DNA of 64,000 nucleotides from Candidatus Eiseniibacteriota bacterium (GTDB lineage: Bacteria; Eisenbacteria; RBG-16-71-46; SZUA-252). The notes beneath the pieces are model-generated. The model made no database searches, was not told where the DNA came from, and saw only the letters and a program-made list of their open reading frames with translations. The position numbers and the translations under genes are program-made. Where the stretch lies: positions 1,582 to 65,581 of the forward strand of contig JBBTHR010000019.1 in assembly GCA_038060295.1 (NCBI GenBank). The letters run 5' to 3'. This document shows, one piece after another, positions 59,929-64,000 of this stretch (positions are counted from its first letter, which is position 1; every line of letters begins with the position of its first letter).

Positions 59929-61890
59929 CTAGCGTCGTTCGGGGCGACTCGTTTCAGTTGGCCGGGTGGGGACAGGCGGGGGAAGGAAGGCCACATCGAG
60001 ATCCTGACCCGAATCAGCGGATCTTACGGTGCCTCCGTCGGGCGCCTCGGCTCCGCGCTGAACCACGAGCGCCTCCATGGCGTAGTACTCCGGCAGTCCG
60101 AGCTGATCGACCAGCCGCGCCGTTCCCTTGTTGCGCTCTTCCACGCGCTGCCAGAACTCGCGCTCGTCGACCCCGGGGAACGGCGCGCGGTCCTTCTGGC
60201 TCTGGTGCTTGAAGATGGCGCTGATCTTCAGCCGTAGTTCCTCCTCCGACATCGGTACGAGAATGTCGGCTTCGGCGATGGGCCATTCCTCCCAGGCTCC
60301 GCGATAGAGCCAGGTCTCCGGCGCCTCGCCGGAGTACCGCTCGAGCGCCAGTTCGATCGCCTCCTTGCACATGCGGTGCGTGCCATGCGGATCGGAGAGG
60401 TCTCCGGCGACGAGGATGATCTCCGGTCGATGCTCCTCGAGCAGGGAGAGGATGATCTCGACGTCCCGATCTCCGACCGGATCCTTCCGGACGCTCCCCG
60501 TCTGGTAGAAGGGGAGGTTCAGAAACCGGGACTGGTCCGGCCGCAGGCGCAGCGTCTCGATGGCGGATACCGCCTCGACCTCGCGGAGCCGGCGCTTGAG
60601 CATCTGGACCGTTTCGGAGTCCACCTGCCCCGGCTGCTTACGGTTTAGGAATTGCTCGACCTCCTCCAGTAGCGACCGCAGGCGGTCGTTCCCGTATTCG
60701 AAATCGCTCGCGGTTCGGCGTACGAATTCGAGGTAGCGGCGGACCTCGTGATCGAAGACGGCGATGTTGCCCGACGTCATGTACGCCACGACGATCTCGT
60801 TCTCGTTCTGGCGGAGCTTGTGGAGCGTTCCTCCAGCGGAGATGACGTCGTCGTCAGGGTGGGGGGAGAAGACAACGATGCGCCGCCCCCGGGGGAGCTT
60901 GCTGCGTCCGCGGATCTTGGTGCCGAGCGCGTTGAAGACGACCCCGTTCAGCGCGGCCGAGGAGCCGTGGCGGGCGAGGAGCGCGCCCAGATGGTGTTCG
61001 CGATAATCGCCGTCGGCCAGCTTGAGCACGGACTTCCCGGTGACTTGGGAGAGCCAGACGACCGCCTCGATCGCGAGGAGCGGGGTCCACTCGATTTCGC
61101 GGCGCAGCCAGGGCGTCTTCAGGCGGGTCAGATCCGCCGCGGCCGCAGGGTCGAGATAGACAGTCGCATCCGGGTGCTGTTGGAGATACGTCGCGGCCAC
61201 GGAGCGGTCGATGTCGCCCTCGACCGAGCGCCTCACGATCGCGGCCTTGTGCTCGCCCGTCGCGATGAGCGCGACCTCTCTGGCCTCGAGGATTGTCGCG
61301 ACGCCCATCGTGATCGCCTCGTTCGGAACGTTTTCGGTTCCGAAGAAGTCCGACGCGGCGACGCGGCGTGTGATCGTGTCGAGGACGACGAGGCGCGTGC
61401 GCGAACCGGGGCTCGATCCGGGCTCGTTGAACCCGATGTGTCCCGTCTGCCCGATTCCCAGAATCTGGAAGTCGATGCCGCCGGCATCCGCGATCGCCCG
61501 TTCGTAGTCGCGACAGTGCTCATTGACCGCGTCTCGGGGAAGGTCTCCGCGCGGAATGTGCACGTTTCGCGGGTCGATGTTGACGTGGTCGAAGAAATTC
61601 TCCCACATGAAGCGGTGGTAGCTATGAACGTTGTCCGGCGACATGGGGTAGTACTCGTCGAGATTGAACGTCTTGACCCGGGACCAATCGAGACCTTCCT
61701 CGCGGTGCATCCGGATCAGTTCTCGGTAGACACCGATCGGCGTCGAGCCGGTGGCGAGCCCGAGCACGGGCGTTCGTCCGCTCGCGTGCCGGTCACGGAT
61801 GATCTCGGAAACGCGCCGCGCGATGAGCTTCGCGATGAGGTCGTACGACTCCGTCGCGAGGACGGGGATTCGTTCGGAGTTCTCGTCCAT
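59929..61890 (-). CDS. nagB: Glucosamine-6-phosphate deaminase (NagB) fused to a PIG-L/LmbE-family deacetylase
   Basis: The N-terminus has LGLATGSTP...NLDEYY...ILGIGQTGHIGFNEPGS. The C-terminus has VVFSPHPDDDVISAGGTL and HPDH...DH motifs. Confidence 0.75.
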   Translation of the reverse strand: MDENSERIPVLATESYDLIAKLIARRVSEIIRDRHASGRTPVLGLATGSTPIGVYRELIRMHREEGLDWSRVKTFNLDEYYPMSPDNVHSYHRFMWENFFDHVNIDPRNVHIPRGDLPRDAVNEHCRDYERAIADAGGIDFQILGIGQTGHIGFNEPGSSPGSRTRLVVLDTITRRVAASDFFGTENVPNEAITMGVATILEAREVALIATGEHKAAIVRRSVEGDIDRSVAATYLQQHPDATVYLDPAAAADLTRLKTPWLRREIEWTPLLAIEAVVWLSQVTGKSVLKLADGDYREHHLGALLARHGSSAALNGVVFNALGTKIRGRSKLPRGRRIVVFSPHPDDDVISAGGTLHKLRQNENEIVVAYMTSGNIAVFDHEVRRYLEFVRRTASDFEYGNDRLRSLLEEVEQFLNRKQPGQVDSETVQMLKRRLREVEAVSAIETLRLRPDQSRFLNLPFYQTGSVRKDPVGDRDVEIILSLLEEHRPEIILVAGDLSDPHGTHRMCKEAIELALERYSGEAPETWLYRGAWEEWPIAEADILVPMSEEELRLKISAIFKHQSQKDRAPFPGVDEREFWQRVEERNKGTARLVDQLGLPEYYAMEALVVQRGAEAPDGGTVRSADSGQDLDVAFLPPPVPTRPTETSRPERR

Positions 61891-62037
61891 GCTTGATCTT
61901 ATCGGCCTCCGCGACGCGGACATTGATGATGGCCCGCCGGCCGCCGCCGCCGGGCAATTGCCGATCTTGCGCCCAGCGTCAACCGCGCTAGACTCAACCA
62001 CTTGCGGGGGTGGTCGGCCCTCGGGGCGAAGCCGCGG

Positions 62038-62067
62038 CAAGGAGGTAACGTCTCATGAGCCTCCTTG
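62038..62067 (+). promoter_or_regulatory. 8-bp perfect hairpin CAAGGAGG / CCTCCTTG with a 14-nt loop containing an ATG, inside the 517-bp leader of the KamA-like gene
   Basis: Direct read (stem 62038-62045 and 62060-62067). The GGAGG is paired with the CCTCC. Confidence 0.25.
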
Positions 62068-62407
62068 GGCTTGGTGCATCGAGTGTCCAACCATGGCCAC
62101 CGATCGCCCCCGCCCCGCACGGTTCGGTCTCCCACTCGTCGTGGACGCCTGAAGTCGCGCCGCCACCATCCCGGCCATCCACGCGGCGCCGCGCCGATCC
62201 CCCAGACTTGCCCCAAGATCACCGCACTCGACGGCGGATCCACCCTTCCCCCTGCTACCTCCTGCTACTTTTGTGCCAATTGCCAGCGTCCAACCAGGGT
62301 GGGAACCTCACCGCACGGTGGGCGCTGTCCCGCCGATGGCGGTTCCGAGCGTCGATGGCCCGAGCACGGATAAGCTCCTCCCTGGCATGGGTTCTTGGAG
62401 AATTGAC

Positions 62408-64000
62408 ATGTCGAACACCAAAGAGGTCAATCCCGTGAGTTCCTCGGTAGAACCGATCTCCTCCACGGTCACTCCGGCGGACATCGAAGCGATGATGACC
62501 CGTTTCGGTTACTCGCCCGAGACGCGGCAGATCATCGCGACGGAGAACCTGCTGCCGGCCGGGCTGCTCAGTCGGTTGCACGCGACGTATCCGCAGCACT
62601 CCGGGCTTCTCGAGCGGGGGAAGACCCTGTTCAGCGATTCCGATCACTACTCCGAGCTGGAGGGGTTCCGGCGTGTCGCCGAGATCCTGGAGCAGCACGG
62701 AATCCACCTCGGCGACATGACCGAGCGGGAGTTGTTCGTCGAAGTGTACCGCTTCAAGGTGTCGCGTCACGCGCTCAACAGTATCAACTGGAAGAACTAC
62801 CAGCGCGATTCGATGTTCCAGCTCATGTTCCCGCAGCCGGGAATGATGAAGGAGGAACTGCTCGACGCGTACACCGCCACGGCATCACCCGAAGAGCGGA
62901 CACGCATCGCCAGCGAGTACGTTCACAAGACCAACCCCCACGATGGCCATCAACTCCTGAACAAGCCGTGGATCGAACAGGACGACGGCGGGATCGACGT
63001 CGTCGAAGGCAGTCAGCACAAGTACCCGCAGTGCCAGCTCGTCTTCGACCGGACGACGCAGGAGTGTTTCGCCTTTTGCACCTACTGCTTCCGTCACGCG
63101 CAGGTCCGCGGTGACGAGGACATGTTCGTGCAGGAGGACGTCGCGCAGATCCACGACTACCTTCGCGGCCACCCTGAAGTCACCGATCTGCTCATCACCG
63201 GCGGGGACGCGGGATACATGCCCGTCGAACGACTGCGGCAGTACGTCATGCCGATCGTCGAAGACCGCCGCTTGCTGCAGGTGCGCACGGTCCGCCTCGG
63301 CTCACGCATGCTGACGTATCAGCCCGAGAGGGTCCTCACGCGGCAGTACGAGAAGATGCTGGCCCTGTTCGACGTCGTGCACGACAACGGGGTTCAATTG
63401 TCGTGGATGGCGCATTTCTCCACGCCACGGGAGCTGTTGAATCCCAGCACGATCGCCGCCATCCGCAGGCTCCAGCGACACGGCGTCGTGGTGCGCAGCC
63501 AAAGCCCCATCATGAACCACATCAGCCTGTTCACCGATGACCGGGGCCACGTGGACGTCCAGCGTTCGGCGCAGAACTGGATCGACCTGGCCAACGTGCT
63601 TGGGACGCTGCTGGTGCGCTTCCATTCGATGTACTGCGCCCGCGCGACCGGCGAGCATCACTATTTCACCGCGTCGCTGGCCGACATCGAGAAGATCGCC
63701 AACCTGGTCTACCGTTCGCTCTCATCGCTCAACCGGCCGTCGAGGTACATCACGATGACCACGTCCGCCGGCAAGGTCTCCATCCTCGGGACAGCCGAAG
63801 TCGGCGGGCAGACGGCCTTCGCGCTGAAGTTCAACGAGAGCCGGAACATGGCATGGATGGATCGCGTATTCCTCGCCAAGTACGACAGCCAGACGAACCG
63901 CGTCGACTTCCTGACGCCCTTCGACACGTCCGAGTTCTTCTTCGAGAAGGAGCTGCACGAGATCGAGCAGAAGCTGATCGACGTGCACCATCGGCGCCGG
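62408..64000 (+). CDS. KamA-family radical-SAM/PLP aminomutase (lysine 2,3-aminomutase-like) with an N-terminal extension of about 75 aa. It is 3'-partial (no stop in the window) and absent from the supplied ORF track.
   Basis: Translated by hand; GGAG lies 8 nt before the ATG. The C-x3-C-x2-C motif (CFAFCTYCFRH) follows HKYPQCQLVFDRT. LITGGDAGYMP, VRLGSRMLTYQPERV and the PLP-Lys region TMTTSAGK match KamA landmarks. At least 531 codons are open. Confidence 0.8.
   Translation, partial: MSNTKEVNPVSSSVEPISSTVTPADIEAMMTRFGYSPETRQIIATENLLPAGLLSRLHATYPQHSGLLERGKTLFSDSDHYSELEGFRRVAEILEQHGIHLGDMTERELFVEVYRFKVSRHALNSINWKNYQRDSMFQLMFPQPGMMKEELLDAYTATASPEERTRIASEYVHKTNPHDGHQLLNKPWIEQDDGGIDVVEGSQHKYPQCQLVFDRTTQECFAFCTYCFRHAQVRGDEDMFVQEDVAQIHDYLRGHPEVTDLLITGGDAGYMPVERLRQYVMPIVEDRRLLQVRTVRLGSRMLTYQPERVLTRQYEKMLALFDVVHDNGVQLSWMAHFSTPRELLNPSTIAAIRRLQRHGVVVRSQSPIMNHISLFTDDRGHVDVQRSAQNWIDLANVLGTLLVRFHSMYCARATGEHHYFTASLADIEKIANLVYRSLSSLNRPSRYITMTTSAGKVSILGTAEVGGQTAFALKFNESRNMAWMDRVFLAKYDSQTNRVDFLTPFDTSEFFFEKELHEIEQKLIDVHHRRR

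Noticed and set aside
62055-62438. 127-aa ORF with a very strong GGAGG SD immediately upstream of the KamA-like gene (a possible precursor peptide).
   Set aside because: It is Pro/Arg-rich with low-complexity sequence, and many codons end in A or T, unlike genuine genes here. It overlaps the KamA start in another frame. It is better explained as leader RNA, and is kept only as a hairpin observation.
62255-62770. 171-aa minus-strand ORF, with further short ORFs across 62885-63991.
   Set aside because: These are antisense or alternate-frame to the hand-translated KamA-family gene, whose motifs are unambiguous.
1-64000. Search for CRISPR repeats, transposase or integrase genes, phage genes, toxin-antitoxin pairs and restriction-modification systems.
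   Set aside because: None were found in any frame. No repeat-spacer periodicity or IS-type inverted terminal repeats were seen.

Overview
This is a high-GC (about 68-70%) bacterial chromosomal segment in which nearly all of the window is coding; I found no rRNA, tRNA, CRISPR array, transposase or integrase. Gene order and identities were read from the six-frame translations and are as follows.

Features, 5' to 3':
- 1-7782 (+): a cbb3-type cytochrome oxidase cluster. It runs ccoNO fusion (5'-truncated by the window edge), ccoQ, monoheme ccoP, ccoG, ccoH, an extra DsbD_2/UreH-like membrane gene, ccoI and ccoS.
- 7821-9525: a histidine phosphatase and a SAM methyltransferase.
- 9566-13454 (-): an NtrX/NtrY-like sigma54-type two-component pair, preceded by a periplasmic hypothetical protein.
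- 13455-13717: an AT-rich intergenic island containing an 18-bp perfect palindrome.
- 13718-20695: a lipoprotein, RlpA, an ABC-F ATPase, a DesD-like desaturase and an M16 peptidase.
- 20946-31301 (+): a tight seven-gene run. MaeB, an AlaDH-family protein and a CoA-transferase are followed by a 4-bp-overlap-coupled module: a GcvT-family aminomethyltransferase, two tandem CrtI/amine-oxidase-family flavoproteins and a Rieske oxygenase. This is a candidate THF-linked N-demethylation pathway.
- 31317-33256 (-): an arsR-arsC-acr3 arsenic module with a 7-2-7 inverted repeat in its promoter.
- 33346-38094: M23 and M32 peptidases and a VOC enzyme.
- 38131-47187: a signalling cluster of four histidine kinases (three of them hybrids), with an outer-membrane beta-barrel gene start-overlapping a kinase stop.
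- 47291-48070: a nucleoside phosphorylase.
- 48108-52438 (-): a MoCo biosynthesis operon. It runs moaA, a moaC-mogA fusion, a tauE-like gene, moeA and a MOSC-domain gene.
- 52578-59875 (+): a divergent xanthine-oxidase-family molybdenum hydroxylase cluster. It runs mocA, xdhC, an extra Rossmann/YqeB-like accessory gene, an FAD subunit, a fused [2Fe-2S]+Mo subunit and an HMGL/LeuA-like gene.
- 59929-61890 (-): a NagB-LmbE fusion.
- 62408 to the window end (+): a long ORF (at least 531 aa) that is absent from the supplied ORF track because it has no stop in the window. It encodes a KamA-family radical-SAM/PLP aminomutase with an N-terminal extension, preceded by a 517-bp leader.

Many of the long ORFs in the track are alternate-frame or antisense artefacts of the GC-rich sequence and were rejected.
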